Source: a virus (Duplodnaviria > Heunggongvirae > Uroviricota > Caudoviricetes). Taken from it: 39,741 nt of DNA. Shown one piece after another: positions 9,876 through 20,082 of the stretch. Each line of letters opens with the position of its first letter. Positions within the stretch are counted from its first letter, which is position 1. The translations under genes and the position numbers were made by a program. Below the pieces are notes generated by a model, which searched no databases, had not been told where the DNA came from, and saw nothing but the letters and a program-made list of their open reading frames with translations. The DNA is taken from IMG/VR virus record IMGVR_UViG_2778261267_000002; one strand, 5' to 3'.

Positions 9876-10154
9876 ATGCAACTTACAAGTACTCGCAAGA
9901 AAGCGAATGCAATTACAAGCAACATCCTGAATCGAATTGCTGTACGTGGTCAGCGAAAGGTTGCTGACGCGTTAGGAATTAATGAATCGCAAATTTCGCG
10001 ATGGAAAGACAGCTTCATCCCAAAAATGGGAATGCTTCTGGCTGTTCTTGAATGGGGTGTTGAAGACGAGGAGTTGGCGGAACTGGCTAAGAAAGTAGCC
10101 AGAATGCTGACAAAAGAAAAAGCCCCGAAGAACGGCGAATTCTTCGAGGCCTGA
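9876..10154 (+). CDS. cII: Transcriptional activator CII
   Basis: ...GINESQISRWKDSFIPKMGMLLAVLEWGVEDEELAELAKK matches lambda CII; AAGGAAA ribosome-binding site 9 nt upstream of the ATG at 9876. Confidence 0.85.
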   Translation: MQLTSTRKKANAITSNILNRIAVRGQRKVADALGINESQISRWKDSFIPKMGMLLAVLEWGVEDEELAELAKKVARMLTKEKAPKNGEFFEA

Positions 10155-10188
10155 TGTAGAAAGACTGGATCAATCCACAGGAGTAATT

Positions 10189-10347
10189 ATGACAAAACGT
10201 CGTAAGAAATACCAGGAAAAAGAAGAGATTCGACACCCTGATTCACCTGAGGGATTAGTGGTAGCCGCAGCAAATAACAGGGCGTTCGCAGAGCGCCTTG
10301 TTGGTGTTTACAGACTAGCCAAAGCAGGAGTGAAACATGGGCGTCGT
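10189..10347 (+). CDS. Small basic hypothetical protein (52 aa) between cII and O
   Basis: Short ORF MTKRRKKYQEKEEIRHPDSPEGLVVAAANNRAF...; overlaps the O start; below ORF-track cutoff. Confidence 0.25.
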
Positions 10348-11158
10348 TAAGTTAGCTGATTACAGGCCTCAACTGGAGGTCGTGGAGCATCGCGTGGCAG
10401 ATACCGAAGATGGTTTCATGCGCGTTGCTAACGAGATTACCGACAGTCTGCTGATGGCTGATTTAACCGTCCGGCAGTTGAAGGTGATGCTCGCTATCAT
10501 GCGCAAGACATACGGATTCAATAAGCCGATGGATCGACTCACAAACACGCAGATAGCAGCCATGACAGGTATTCATCACACTCATGTTTGCGCTGCCAAG
10601 CGCCAGCTTATTGAGCGTAAATTCCTCATTGCTGATGGCGTAAAAATCGGAGTGAACAAGGTGGTTTCTCAGTGGATTAGCCAGGACAGCTTAACATTAG
10701 CTAAAACAGCTAATAAAACATTAGCCAAGTCGGCTAATGGGTATAAGCCAAGTCAGCTAAACACAAAAGACAATATACAAAAGACAATAAATACAAATAC
10801 CCCCTTACCCCCTAGCGGGGGCGGCGATGGGCAGGTTAAACCTGAACGTCGCAAGGCAGAACGAATCGACTACGAATCCTTCCTGAACGCCTACAACACC
10901 GAAGTCGGTGACAGACTTCCACACGCTGTTGCGGTCAACGAGAAACGAAAACGCCGCCTGAAGAAAATCATTCCGCAACTGAAAACGCCAAACGTGGACG
11001 GTTTCAGAGCGTATGTCAGGGCGTTTGTGCATCAGGCCAAGCCGTTTTACTTCGGAGACAACGACACGGGCTGGACGGCCGATTTTGATTACCTGCTGAG
11101 GGAAGACTCGTTAACGGGGGTACGGGAAGGGAAGTTTGCAGACAGGGGGGTTGCATGA
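10337..11158 (+). CDS. Replication initiator, lambda O / P22 gp18 family
   Basis: N-terminal region ([33 protein letters not shown]) matches the O-protein DNA-binding domain; internal iteron-like repeats. Confidence 0.75.
   Translation: MGVVKLADYRPQLEVVEHRVADTEDGFMRVANEITDSLLMADLTVRQLKVMLAIMRKTYGFNKPMDRLTNTQIAAMTGIHHTHVCAAKRQLIERKFLIADGVKIGVNKVVSQWISQDSLTLAKTANKTLAKSANGYKPSQLNTKDNIQKTINTNTPLPPSGGGDGQVKPERRKAERIDYESFLNAYNTEVGDRLPHAVAVNEKRKRRLKKIIPQLKTPNVDGFRAYVRAFVHQAKPFYFGDNDTGWTADFDYLLREDSLTGVREGKFADRGVA
10690..10800. repeat. Putative origin of replication: iteron-like direct repeats (TTAGCTAA / TTAGCCAAGTC / AGTCAGCTAA variants) followed by an A+T-rich tract, inside the O gene
   Basis: Repeated AGCTAA/AGCCAAGTC units and the following AAAAGACAATATACAAAAGACAATAAATACAAATAC tract seen directly; lambdoid origins lie within O. 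Confidence 0.4.
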
Positions 11159-12531
11159 AACAGGATATCGAAGCGAGCGTTATCGGTGGCCTGCTGATTG
11201 GTGGATTAACACCAACCGCCAGCGACGTTCTGGCAACGCTGGAGCCGGAAGCGTTTTCAATTCCGCTCTACCGGAAAGCCTTCGAGGTTATCCGCAAGCA
11301 GGCGAGAAACAGAAACCTAATCGACGCGCTGATGGTTGCCGAGGCGTGCGGAGAGGAGCATTTCACGTCAATCCTGATGACCAGCAAAAACTGCCCGAGC
11401 GCCGCAAACCTGAAGGGATATGCCGGAATGGTCGCGGATAACTATCACCGCCGTCTGGTGCTGGAAATCATGGATGAAATGCGTGAACCAATTCAGAGCG
11501 GAACCATCGATACATCGAGTCAGGCGATGGACGAGCTTGTAAAGCGTCTTTCAGCCATCAGAAAGCCCCGTGACGAGGTTAAACCTGTACGGTTAGGGGA
11601 AATCATCACTGACTACACTGACACGCTTGACAGGCGTCTGAGGAACGGAGAAGAGTCAGATACCCTGAAGACCGGAATCGAAGAACTTGATGTCATCACC
11701 GGAGGGATGAACGCGGAAGACCTGGTGATAATCGCTGCCCGTCCTGGCATGGGGAAAACCGAACTGGCGCTGAAGATTGCCGAAGGCGTTGCAAGCCGCG
11801 TTATTCCTGGTTCTGACGTCCGGCGCGGAGTATTGATTTTCTCAATGGAAATGAGCGCATTGCAGATTGCAGAGCGAAGCATTGCCAACGCCGGGAGGAT
11901 GTCGGTTAGCGTACTGCGAAATCCTGCATCGATGGATGACGAAGGCTGGGCGCGTGTTGCTAACGGCATGAGTCAGCTTGCAGATTTGGATGTATGGGTA
12001 GTCGATGCCTCGCGGTTATCGGTCGAAGAAATACGCTCAATCGCAGAACGACACAAACAGGAAAATCCAAACCTGTCACTCATCATGGCGGATTATCTTG
12101 GCCTGATTGAGAAGCCGAAAGCAGACCGCAACGACCTCGCAATTGCTCACATCTCCGGAAGCCTGAAGGCGATGGCGAAAGACCTGAAAACGCCTGTTAT
12201 CTCCCTAAGTCAGCTTTCGCGCGATGTTGAGAAGCGACCAAACAAACGCCCGACAAACGCAGATTTGCGTGATTCAGGAAGCATTGAACAGGACGCAGAC
12301 TCAATCATCATGCTCTATCGGGAAGCTGTATATGACGAGAACAGTAGCGCCGCGCCATTTGCTGAAATCATTGTGACGAAAAACCGTTTTGGCTCACTTG
12401 GTACGGTTTACCAGCGGTTCTGCAACGGACACTTTGTTGCATGTGACCAGGATGAAGCCAGACAGATTTGCACAGCATCAAATGCACCTGCTGCGCGTGG
12501 CAGACGATATGCACAAGGGGCTGACGTATGA
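11155..12531 (+). CDS. Replicative DNA helicase, DnaB-like (P22 gp12 family)
   Basis: 458-aa ORF with Walker A motif [15 protein letters not shown] and DnaB-like N-terminus; start overlaps the O stop. Confidence 0.8.
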   Translation: MKQDIEASVIGGLLIGGLTPTASDVLATLEPEAFSIPLYRKAFEVIRKQARNRNLIDALMVAEACGEEHFTSILMTSKNCPSAANLKGYAGMVADNYHRRLVLEIMDEMREPIQSGTIDTSSQAMDELVKRLSAIRKPRDEVKPVRLGEIITDYTDTLDRRLRNGEESDTLKTGIEELDVITGGMNAEDLVIIAARPGMGKTELALKIAEGVASRVIPGSDVRRGVLIFSMEMSALQIAERSIANAGRMSVSVLRNPASMDDEGWARVANGMSQLADLDVWVVDASRLSVEEIRSIAERHKQENPNLSLIMADYLGLIEKPKADRNDLAIAHISGSLKAMAKDLKTPVISLSQLSRDVEKRPNKRPTNADLRDSGSIEQDADSIIMLYREAVYDENSSAAPFAEIIVTKNRFGSLGTVYQRFCNGHFVACDQDEARQICTASNAPAARGRRYAQGADV

Positions 12532-12603
12532 CCATCTACATCACTGAGCTGATAGCAGGCCTGCTGGTAATCGCAGGCCTTTTTATTTGGGGGAGGGTAA
12601 ATC

Positions 12604-12810
12604 GTGGCTGAGTTAATTTTCTCTGCATTGAGGATTCTCGGTGCTATGTGGATGGTGGCGACGTTCATTGTTGTTGCCAGCAGTTTTGTCCGGTTGGTAG
12701 GCGAAGGTAAAGACCTGGTGGGTGTGCTTTTCGGTAGCATTTTCCTGTGGGTGATTATCGGTGTTATGCCTGTCGCTGTAGCAAAAATGGCGTGGCGTTT
12801 TGTGAGTTGA
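12604..12810 (+). CDS. Small hydrophobic protein (68 aa), nin region
   Basis: ORF with two predicted TM segments. Confidence 0.35.
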   Translation: MAELIFSALRILGAMWMVATFIVVASSFVRLVGEGKDLVGVLFGSIFLWVIIGVMPVAVAKMAWRFVS

Positions 12811-12827
12811 ACTGAGGGTAAGTATCG

Positions 12828-13148
12828 ATGGACGAATCAAGAAAGCAGTTTGAAGAAAGTTGGTTGCGACGTGGAGGCGAATCCTCAGACCTTATCCGTT
12901 ACCCTGAAAATCACCATGAAATTGGCAGTGGTAATATTGGTGGTCAATATGTGATGGACGATGTTCAAGGCCACTGGCAAACGTGGCAGGCATCGCGATC
13001 AGCTATTGAAATAACCGCGCCAAAGTTTATCGACAGCAGAGAAGCATTAGCCAAAGGGTTTACTGTTGATTATTCCAATGGCTTCGGTGATGCAATGGAT
13101 GCTTATGAGGAAAACATCCGCGCTGCTGGAGTCAAAGTGAAGGAGTGA
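12828..13148 (+). CDS. Hypothetical nin-region protein (106 aa)
   Basis: Clean ORF preceded by a ribosome-binding site; no recognised motif. Confidence 0.45.
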   Translation: MDESRKQFEESWLRRGGESSDLIRYPENHHEIGSGNIGGQYVMDDVQGHWQTWQASRSAIEITAPKFIDSREALAKGFTVDYSNGFGDAMDAYEENIRAAGVKVKE

Positions 13149-13336
13149 GCATGAATCGACGAAGTAGCTTTTTGGGGTTTGTAATATTCCTGTCCTGCAC
13201 TGGTTACATCGTAATCTGGTCAATTTCGAACATTGACCGTGGCGGGGAATATCTCATTGTAATGTTCTTTCCTTTGTTTCTTGGGTGGTACGCCGCAAGG
13301 TTGCTGGAAGAATGGGGTTACAGGCATAAAAAATAA
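13145..13336 (+). CDS. Small membrane protein (63 aa)
   Basis: ORF with hydrophobic segments; start overlaps the upstream stop. Confidence 0.35.
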   Translation: MSMNRRSSFLGFVIFLSCTGYIVIWSISNIDRGGEYLIVMFFPLFLGWYAARLLEEWGYRHKK

Positions 13337-13347
13337 AGGAGTGTTCA

Positions 13348-13758
13348 GTGAAGCAAACAATATTCCTCCGAACTAAGCAACAACAGCAAGCCGCAATCAA
13401 CGCCATCCTCGCAACTCCTCTCGATAAAGACAAGCCAGTCACCATCCGCATTACTGACTACAAGCGCAACCTTGACCAGAACGCAAAATTTCACGCGATG
13501 CTGGCGGATATCGCTTGTCAGGTTCAATGGTGCGGCAAATGGTTAAAACCAGAGCAATGGAAGGTTTTGTTGATAAGCGGTCATGCAGTGGCAACAAAGC
13601 AGGAAGCTGATGTTTTGCCCGGGCTTGAAGGCGAATACGTCAACATTCGCGAAAGCAGCGCGCAGATGAGTGTGAAGCGTATGGCAAGTCTGATTGAGTA
13701 CACGACAGCATGGGCTATTGGTCAGGGTGTCAGATTTACCGACAGGAGGTACGAATGA
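13348..13758 (+). CDS. ninB: NinB (Orf family recombination mediator)
   Basis: GTG start with AAAGGA ribosome-binding site; sequence collinear with lambda NinB (...[22 protein letters not shown]...). Confidence 0.8.
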   Translation: MKQTIFLRTKQQQQAAINAILATPLDKDKPVTIRITDYKRNLDQNAKFHAMLADIACQVQWCGKWLKPEQWKVLLISGHAVATKQEADVLPGLEGEYVNIRESSAQMSVKRMASLIEYTTAWAIGQGVRFTDRRYE

Positions 13759-13937
13759 GACGACAGCGACGAAGTATCACCGACATAATCTGCGAAAACT
13801 GCAAATACCTTCCAACGAAACGCTCCAGAAATAAACGCAAGCCAATCCCAAAAGAATCTGATGTAAAAACCTTCAACTACACGGCTCACCTGTGGGATAT
13901 CCGGTGGCTTAGAGAACGTGCGAGGAAAACAAGGTGA
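13755..13937 (+). CDS. ninE: NinE
   Basis: [60 protein letters not shown] matches lambda NinE; ATGA overlap with ninB. Confidence 0.75.
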   Translation: MRRQRRSITDIICENCKYLPTKRSRNKRKPIPKESDVKTFNYTAHLWDIRWLRERARKTR

Positions 13938-14104
13938 TTGACCAAAATCGAAGTTACGAACAAGAAAGCGTCGAGCGAGCTTTAACGTGTGCTAACTGCG
14001 GTCAGAAGCTGCATGTGCTGGAAGTTCATGTGTGTGAGCACTGCTGCGCAGAACTGATGAGCGATCCGAATAGCTCAATGTACGAGGAAGAAGACGATGA
14101 ATGA
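13934..14104 (+). CDS. ninF: NinF (small Cys-rich protein, 56 aa)
   Basis: [56 protein letters not shown] matches lambda NinF; GTG start overlapping the ninE stop. Confidence 0.65.
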   Translation: MIDQNRSYEQESVERALTCANCGQKLHVLEVHVCEHCCAELMSDPNSSMYEEEDDE

Positions 14105-14819
14105 GTTAATAAATGGCAATGCCATCAAAATGACAAGCATTGAAATCGCTGAGTTGGTTGGTAAGCGTCATGACAATGTGAAACGTACCATCGAAACGCT
14201 GGCTAAAAATGGTGTTATCCGGCTTCCTCAAATTGAGGTTTCCGAAAGAATCAATAACTTAGGGTTCAATGTTCAGTACGAGCATTACGTCTTCGAAGGC
14301 GAACAAGGTAAGCGAGATAGTATTGTTGTTGTTGCCCAGTTGTCGCCAGAGTTCACCGCTCGCCTTGTTGACCGCTGGCGAGATCTTGAAGAAGCTGCGG
14401 TTAATATCCCCAAAACGCTACCGGAAGCGTTGCGCCTTGCTGCTGATCTTGCTGAGCAGAAAATGCAACTGGAAAACCAGCTTGCAATTGCCGCACCTAA
14501 AGTTGAGTTTGCCGATCGCGTTGGCGAGGCCAGCGGAATTTTGATTGGAAACTTTGCAAAGGTTGTCGGTATTGGTCCAAACAAACTGTTTGCGTGGATG
14601 CGCGATCACAAAATCCTTATTGCTTCAGGTTCCCGGCGCAATGTGCCAATGCAGGAATATATGGATCGCGGCTATTTCACAGTGAAAGAAACAGCGGTCA
14701 ACACAAATCACGGAATACAGATATCGTTCACCACAAAAATCACCGGGCGTGGTCAACAGTGGCTGACCAGAAAGCTGCTCGATAACGGAATGCTGAAAGT
14801 AACAGGGGAGGCTGCTTAA
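14097..14819 (+). CDS. Roi-like DNA-binding protein (Rha-type N-terminus with KilA-C/antirepressor-like C-terminal domain)
   Basis: N-terminal ...MTSIEIAELVGKRHDNVKRTIETL... Rha/Bro-N like; 240 aa in the HK022 Roi position between ninF and rusA. Confidence 0.55.
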   Translation: MNELINGNAIKMTSIEIAELVGKRHDNVKRTIETLAKNGVIRLPQIEVSERINNLGFNVQYEHYVFEGEQGKRDSIVVVAQLSPEFTARLVDRWRDLEEAAVNIPKTLPEALRLAADLAEQKMQLENQLAIAAPKVEFADRVGEASGILIGNFAKVVGIGPNKLFAWMRDHKILIASGSRRNVPMQEYMDRGYFTVKETAVNTNHGIQISFTTKITGRGQQWLTRKLLDNGMLKVTGEAA

Positions 14820-15109
14820 TGGCTAACCTACGCAAAGAAGCACGCGGCAGAGAATGCCAGGTACGTATTTACGGCGTATGCAATGGCAATCCTGAAACTA
14901 CAGTTCTGGCACATTACCGGATGGCTGGAATTTGCGGAACGGGAATGAAACCTGACGACCTGATCGGCGCATGGGCTTGTAGCGCGTGTCACGATGAAAT
15001 CGACCGACGCACCCATAACCTCGACAACAAAGACGCCAGACTTTACCACCTGGAAGGCGTGATCAGGACGCAGGCGATACTGCTGAAGGAGGGGAAGATT
15101 AAGCCATGA
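14819..15109 (+). CDS. YbcO-like DUF1364 protein (putative metal-dependent nuclease, 96 aa)
   Basis: Cys/His-rich 96-aa ORF in the position of DLP12 ybcO next to rusA. Confidence 0.5.
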   Translation: MANLRKEARGRECQVRIYGVCNGNPETTVLAHYRMAGICGTGMKPDDLIGAWACSACHDEIDRRTHNLDNKDARLYHLEGVIRTQAILLKEGKIKP

Positions 15110-15468
15110 ACGAATATCAGTTTGTGCTTCCATACCCGCCGTCGGTGAACACCTACTGGCGAAGACGGGGAAGCCAATACTACATCAGCGATAAAGGCCA
15201 GAAATACCGAAAAGACGTTCAGCAAATCATCCGCCAACTCAAGTTAGACATTTTCACCAAATCACGACTCCGCATCAAAGTCATCGCAGACGTTCCAGAC
15301 TCCCGCCGCCGCGACCTCGATAACATCCTGAAAGGTTTACTCGATTCCCTTATCCACGCCGGATTTGCGGAAGACGACGAGCAATTCGATGACATTCGCG
15401 TAATTCGTGGTGTGAAAGTACCAGGCGGACGGCTTGGAATAAAAATCACCGAACTGGAGAACGCATGA
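15106..15468 (+). CDS. rusA: Holliday junction resolvase RusA
   Basis: 120 aa; ...DVPDSRRRDLDNILKGLLDSL... matches the RusA catalytic region. Confidence 0.8.
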   Translation: MNEYQFVLPYPPSVNTYWRRRGSQYYISDKGQKYRKDVQQIIRQLKLDIFTKSRLRIKVIADVPDSRRRDLDNILKGLLDSLIHAGFAEDDEQFDDIRVIRGVKVPGGRLGIKITELENA

Positions 15469-15653
15469 ACGCCACAATTCAAACGATACCAGAGCTTCTT
15501 ATCCAGACACGAGGCAATCAGACCGAAGTGGCGAGGATGCTTTCCTGCGCAAGAGGAACAGTGCTCAAGTACAACCGAGACAGCAAAGGCGAGCGTCACG
15601 TAATAGTTAACGGCGTCCTGATGGTCAAACAGGGCAAGAGGGGAAGACCATGA
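15465..15653 (+). CDS. ninH: NinH
   Basis: ...GNQTEVARMLSCARGTVLKY...HVIVNGVLMV... matches lambda NinH. Confidence 0.7.
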   Translation: MNATIQTIPELLIQTRGNQTEVARMLSCARGTVLKYNRDSKGERHVIVNGVLMVKQGKRGRP

Positions 15654-16273
15654 GACTCGAAAGCGTAGCTAAATTTCATTCGCCAAAAAGCCCGATGATG
15701 AGCGACTCACCACGGGCTACGGCTTCTGACTCTCTTTCCGGTACTGATGTGATGGCTGCTATGGGGATGGCACAATCACAGGCCGGATTCGGAATGGCTG
15801 CATTCTGTGGTAAGCACGAACTCAGCCAGAACGACAAACAAAAGGCTATCAACTATCTGATGCAATTTGCACACAAGGTATCGGGGAAATACCGTGGTGT
15901 GGCAAAGCTCGAAGGAAATACTAAGGCAAAGGTACTGCAAGTGCTCGCAACATTCGCTTATGCGGATTATTGCCGTAGTGCCGCGACGCCGGGGGCAAGA
16001 TGCAGAGATTGCCACGGTACAGGCCGTGCGGTTGATATAGCAAAAACAGAGCAGTGGGGGAGAGTTGTCGAGAAAGAGTGCGGAAGATGCAAAGGCGTCG
16101 GCTATTCAAGGATGCCAGCAAGCGCCGCATATCGCGCTGTGACGATGCTAATCCCAAATCTTACCCAACCCACCTGGTCACGCACTGTTAAGCCGCTGTA
16201 TGACGCTCTGGTGGTGCAATGCCACAAAGAAGAGTCAATCGCAGACAACATTTTGAATGCGGTCACACGTTAG
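15650..16273 (+). CDS. Q: Late-gene antiterminator Q (lambda Q)
   Basis: 207-aa protein matching lambda Q essentially end-to-end, including the zinc-binding CRDCHGTG...CGRCKG region. Confidence 0.9.
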   Translation: MRLESVAKFHSPKSPMMSDSPRATASDSLSGTDVMAAMGMAQSQAGFGMAAFCGKHELSQNDKQKAINYLMQFAHKVSGKYRGVAKLEGNTKAKVLQVLATFAYADYCRSAATPGARCRDCHGTGRAVDIAKTEQWGRVVEKECGRCKGVGYSRMPASAAYRAVTMLIPNLTQPTWSRTVKPLYDALVVQCHKEESIADNILNAVTR

Positions 16274-16315
16274 CAGCATGATTGCCACGGATGGCAACAT
16301 ATTAACGGCATGATA

Positions 16316-16345
16316 TTGACTTTTTGAATAAAGTTGGGTAAATTT
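16316..16345 (+). promoter_or_regulatory. Late promoter pR' with overlapping qut site
   Basis: TTGACT -35 and TAAATT -10 in a sequence near-identical to the lambda pR'/qut region. Confidence 0.7.
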
Positions 16346-16351
16346 GACCCA

Positions 16352-16545
16352 ACGATGGGTTAATTCGCTCGTTGTGGTAGTGAGATAAAAAGAGGCGGCG
16401 CTTACTACCGATTCCGCCTAGTTGGTCACTTCGACGTATCGTCTGGAACTCCAACCATCGCAGGCTGAGAGGTCTGTAAAATGCAATCCCGAAACAGTTC
16501 GCAGGTAATAGTTAGAGCCTGCATAACGGTTTCGGGATTTTTTAT
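16352..16545 (+). ncRNA. 6S late leader RNA (pR' transcript terminated at tR')
   Basis: Region between pR' start and tR' is near-identical to the lambda 6S RNA template. Confidence 0.45.
16487..16545 (+). terminator. tR' Rho-independent terminator
   Basis: Long hairpin CCCGAAACAG...CGGTTTCGGG followed by ATTTTTTAT, matching lambda tR'. Confidence 0.7.
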
Positions 16546-17346
16546 ATCTGTGTAACAGGTAAGAGCATTCTCCCTTATGGGGCTTGGCTTAAATGCACCG
16601 AGTGCTCTTATCGTTGTGGCAGCACAACGATAGTTTTCGTCAGAGTTGGCGACTTTGCGGTTTTTTAGAAACTGACCACAAAGATAAATGCAAACGATGA
16701 TGTTGTTCTGATGGCGGCGTAATAGCCTGTAAGTCAGCAAGGTCTTCCGACTCCTTGTAAACAAATTCGGCGCACTGGCCCGGTGTGATTAATAATGGGC
16801 ACACAACAGGTAAGAGCATTAAAGAACTGGCAAAGAGCTTAACGGTCTGCGAAAGCATTTCTTAGTGGCACAACTGGCCGGTACAACTGAGTGCTCTTTC
16901 CGGTGTGGTGAATGCGCAGGCTGATGCGCGCAGGAGAGCTTCGGAAGAACAAGGTGCCTGTATACAAGCCGGAGATCAGCGCCGGCCACCACAGCCAAAT
17001 CCACCCAGAGCAAAACCGTTGTTCATCCTTACCATTCCCTCAGTATTTTGGGCTACAACCCTCAGCCCATTTTTTAAAGCGTACTTCCACCAAGAACCAG
17101 ACCTAACCAACTCATTGCTGACACTCTGTGGATACGGTTGTCTAGTGCGCTTTAAAAAAGAAAACCCAGCATCAATGGCTGGGCTTCGTGATATGAGCGG
17201 CATGTATTGTTGGCGCAATCCACGCCTGATTTGCTCATGAATGCGGTCACGAACAAGCCCGTTACAAATAAACCGTAACCCGGATTTGTTCAAGCGACCA
17301 TATCCATAATTCCTAATTTGAACAGATCCCCTTCTGGGGGTAAGAC

Positions 17347-17670
17347 ATGAAGATGCCAGAAAAACATGACCTGTTAGCCGCCATTCTCGCGGCAAAGGAA
17401 CAAGGCATCGGGGCAATCCTTGCGTTTGCAATGGCGTACCTTCGCGGCAGGTATAATGGCGGTGCGTTTACAAAAACAGTAATCGACGCAACGATGTGCG
17501 CCATTATCGCCTGGTTCATTCGTGACCTTCTCGACTTCGCCGGACTAAGTAGCAACCTCGCTTATATAACGAGCGTGTTCATCGGCTACATCGGTACTGA
17601 CTCGATTGGTTCGCTTATCAAACGCTTCGCTGCTAAAAAAGCCGGAGTAGAAGATGGTGGAAATCAATAA
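17347..17670 (+). CDS. S: Holin S (lambda S107/S105 dual-start)
   Basis: [34 protein letters not shown]... matches lambda S. Confidence 0.9.
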   Translation: MKMPEKHDLLAAILAAKEQGIGAILAFAMAYLRGRYNGGAFTKTVIDATMCAIIAWFIRDLLDFAGLSSNLAYITSVFIGYIGTDSIGSLIKRFAAKKAGVEDGGNQ

Positions 17671-18130
17671 TCAACGTAAGGCGTTCCTCGATATGCTGGC
17701 GTGGTCAGAGGGAACAGATAACGGACGACAGAAAACCAGAAATCATGGTTATGACGTCATTGTAGGAGGAGAGCTATTCACTGATTACTCCGATCACCCT
17801 CGCAAACTTGTCACGCTAAACCCAAAACTCAAATCAACAGCCGCCGGACGTTACCAGCTTCTTTCCCGTTGGTGGGATGCCTATCGTAAGCAGCTTGGCC
17901 TGAAAGACTTCTCTCCGAAAAGCCAGGACGCTGTTGCACTACAGCAGATTAAAGAGCGTGGCGCTTTACCGATGATTGATCGCGGTGATATTCGTCAGGC
18001 TATCGACCGTTGCAGCAATATCTGGGCTTCACTGCCGGGGGCTGGTTATGGTCAGTTCGAGCATAAGGCTGACAGCCTGATTGCAAAATTCAAAGAGGCT
18101 GGCGGAACGGTCAGAGAGGTTGAGGTATGA
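17654..18130 (+). CDS. R: Endolysin R (lambda-type lytic transglycosylase)
   Basis: [39 protein letters not shown]... matches lambda R. Confidence 0.9.
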   Translation: MVEINNQRKAFLDMLAWSEGTDNGRQKTRNHGYDVIVGGELFTDYSDHPRKLVTLNPKLKSTAAGRYQLLSRWWDAYRKQLGLKDFSPKSQDAVALQQIKERGALPMIDRGDIRQAIDRCSNIWASLPGAGYGQFEHKADSLIAKFKEAGGTVREVEV

Positions 18131-18564
18131 GCAGAGTAACCGCGATTATCTCCGCTCTGGTTATCTGCATCATCGTCTGCCTGTCATGGGCTGTTAATCA
18201 TTACCGTGATAACGCCATGACCTACAAAGAGCAGCGCGATAAAGCCACATCCATCATCGCTGATATGCAGAAGCGTCAACGTGATGTAGCAGAACTCGAC
18301 GCCAGATACACAAAGGAGCTTGCTGATGCTAACGAGACTATCGAAAGCCTCCGTGCTGATGTTTCTGCTGGTCGTAAGCGCCTGCAAGTCGCCGCCACCT
18401 GTGCAAAGCCAACGACCGGAGCCAGCAGCATGGGCGATGGAGAAAGCCCAAGACTTACAGCAGATGCTGAACTCAATTATTACCGTCTCCGAAGTGGAAT
18501 CGACAGGATAACCGCGCAGGTTAACTACCTGCAGGAGTACATCAGGACGCAATGCCTGAAATAA
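18127..18564 (+). CDS. Rz: Inner-membrane spanin Rz
   Basis: N-terminal TM segment plus coiled-coil; similar to lambda Rz; start overlaps the R stop. Confidence 0.85.
   Translation: MSRVTAIISALVICIIVCLSWAVNHYRDNAMTYKEQRDKATSIIADMQKRQRDVAELDARYTKELADANETIESLRADVSAGRKRLQVAATCAKPTTGASSMGDGESPRLTADAELNYYRLRSGIDRITAQVNYLQEYIRTQCLK
18320..18511 (+). CDS. Rz1: Outer-membrane lipoprotein spanin Rz1, embedded in the +1 frame of Rz
   Basis: Embedded ORF with signal peptide, lipobox-like LVVSAC and Pro-rich mature region. Confidence 0.6.
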   Translation: MLMLTRLSKASVLMFLLVVSACKSPPPVQSQRPEPAAWAMEKAQDLQQMLNSIITVSEVESTG

Positions 18565-18588
18565 TTTTTTTGCAAATCACAAAGTCAA

Positions 18589-18612
18589 TTTAATGATCCT
18601 CGCGATGCGGGG
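18589..18612 (+). terminator. Possible Rho-independent terminator after the lysis cassette
   Basis: CCUCGC-GAU-GCGGGG hairpin (one G-U pair) followed by CTTTTTTT. Confidence 0.4.
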
Positions 18613-18769
18613 CTTTTTTTACATCTGAATTTCACAGCGCATCTCACGCGCATATTACATCACCCGAGCCTTTCAGAAAGTTGAGCCTGAGAACTGCCGT
18701 ATATGGTGGCGACCATCTCGGGGCGGCTTTTCTGTGAGACAGGCTCACTTTCTAAAAGGTAAAGACGCT

Positions 18770-19288
18770 ATGAATCATCAATTGGCTAATCTCGATTTCC
18801 GGGACATGGTGGTTGTTTCTGGTGATCGCGTGATCACAACCTCCCGCAAGGTAGCAGCTTACTTCGACAAGCAGCATCACCACATCATTCAGAAAATCGA
18901 AAAGCTAGACTGTTCGGATGAATTTCTAACCAGCAACTTTTCGCGGGTTACCTATGAACACAAGGGTAATCAGTATGTTGAATATGAAATTTCCAAAGAC
19001 GGCGCGATGTACATCATCATGTCGTTTACCGGCAAAAAAGCTGCCGCCATCAAAGAGGCGTTTATCAAAGCATTTAATTGGATGCGTGACAGGCTGATGG
19101 AGATGGCTCACTCATACCAAAGAGAGCACAACGAGTTAATGCTGGAGTTCATGAAGGAAAAGGATGTTGCCAGTATGTCAGGACGCTTGCTGAACCGCTG
19201 GGGCAGGATCAAAAAACCGCAACTCATAGCAAGAATCGAAAGGCTTGAGCAGCAGGCGCAAATATCGATCCCCGGACTGCCAAAGTGA
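18770..19288 (+). CDS. Rha-family phage regulatory protein (longest ORF starts at 18734)
   Basis: N-terminal ...VVSGDRVITTSRKVAAYFDKQHHHIIQKIEKL... Rha/Bro-N like DNA-binding domain. Confidence 0.6.
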   Translation: MNHQLANLDFRDMVVVSGDRVITTSRKVAAYFDKQHHHIIQKIEKLDCSDEFLTSNFSRVTYEHKGNQYVEYEISKDGAMYIIMSFTGKKAAAIKEAFIKAFNWMRDRLMEMAHSYQREHNELMLEFMKEKDVASMSGRLLNRWGRIKKPQLIARIERLEQQAQISIPGLPK

Positions 19289-19641
19289 CCATTCCAAAGC
19301 CCATCTACGGGTGGGCTTGATAATGAAACCGTGATTTACATCCCTCACAATCCAGGTATGTAAAAGCTGGATCATGCGAGAACGGATTTAACTAAATCTG
19401 TGCACCACCAGTTACGGCAGTACAGCGAAACAACCCAAGCCAGTAAGTGGGGAAATAACACTGGCAGCCACTGAAAGATGAACCTCCTGCCTTATGGCAA
19501 AAAAGATTCTTTGTGGTGGCGGACTGATGGAAAGACATCGGTTATTGCAGAGACCATTCAATGAGTGGTCTCGACAATGGCTTATACCCTACACGGGATA
19601 ACTTAACTGATATCCCTTTTAACGGATAAACGGAGTCAACA

Positions 19642-19884
19642 ATGGCAGAGATTATTCCCATGACTGAAGAACAGAAATTCCAGTTAGAAATTTACAAACT
19701 GGTCATGAACCAGAACGCAGCCGCAGAGGAAGCATTTCAGTTCATTGGCACTGACGAACTGAAGCTTGAGCTATTCAAAATTCACTTCCAGTCAGGCGGC
19801 GCTAATTCAGATATCACGACCCGCACTATCGAAGCGGTGCGTAAATCGAAGGAAGCGTTAGACCTGTTCACTACCGGAGCATGA
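19642..19884 (+). CDS. Hypothetical protein (80 aa) upstream of terminase
   Basis: ORF with AACGGAG ribosome-binding site. Confidence 0.45.
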   Translation: MAEIIPMTEEQKFQLEIYKLVMNQNAAAEEAFQFIGTDELKLELFKIHFQSGGANSDITTRTIEAVRKSKEALDLFTTGA

Positions 19885-19885
19885 T

Positions 19886-20065
19886 GTGAGCCGCGTAATC
19901 AATTTGGGTAAGGAGAAGAAATTCCCAATTACTCAAGAGCTATACAAGCGGCTGGAAAGCGTCATCCATGATTACGATGGTGAAATCAGTTTATGCGAGG
20001 CGATTGGCACACTTGAATTGCTGAAGCAGTCACTGATTGAAGGCGCGAAAGAGTCCTCAGCCTGA
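19886..20065 (+). CDS. Small hypothetical protein (59 aa, GTG start)
   Basis: Short ORF abutting the preceding gene; below ORF-track cutoff. Confidence 0.3.
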   Translation: MSRVINLGKEKKFPITQELYKRLESVIHDYDGEISLCEAIGTLELLKQSLIEGAKESSA

Positions 20066-20082
20066 AATAACAACTAAGTGAG

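Noticed and set aside
16426-17431. Minus-strand ORFs 16426..16764 and 16976..17431 and plus-strand 16905..17240 in the Q-S interval
   Set aside because: They overlap the conserved pR'/6S/tR' template and the holin start; no ribosome-binding sites; the region is better explained as noncoding late leader.
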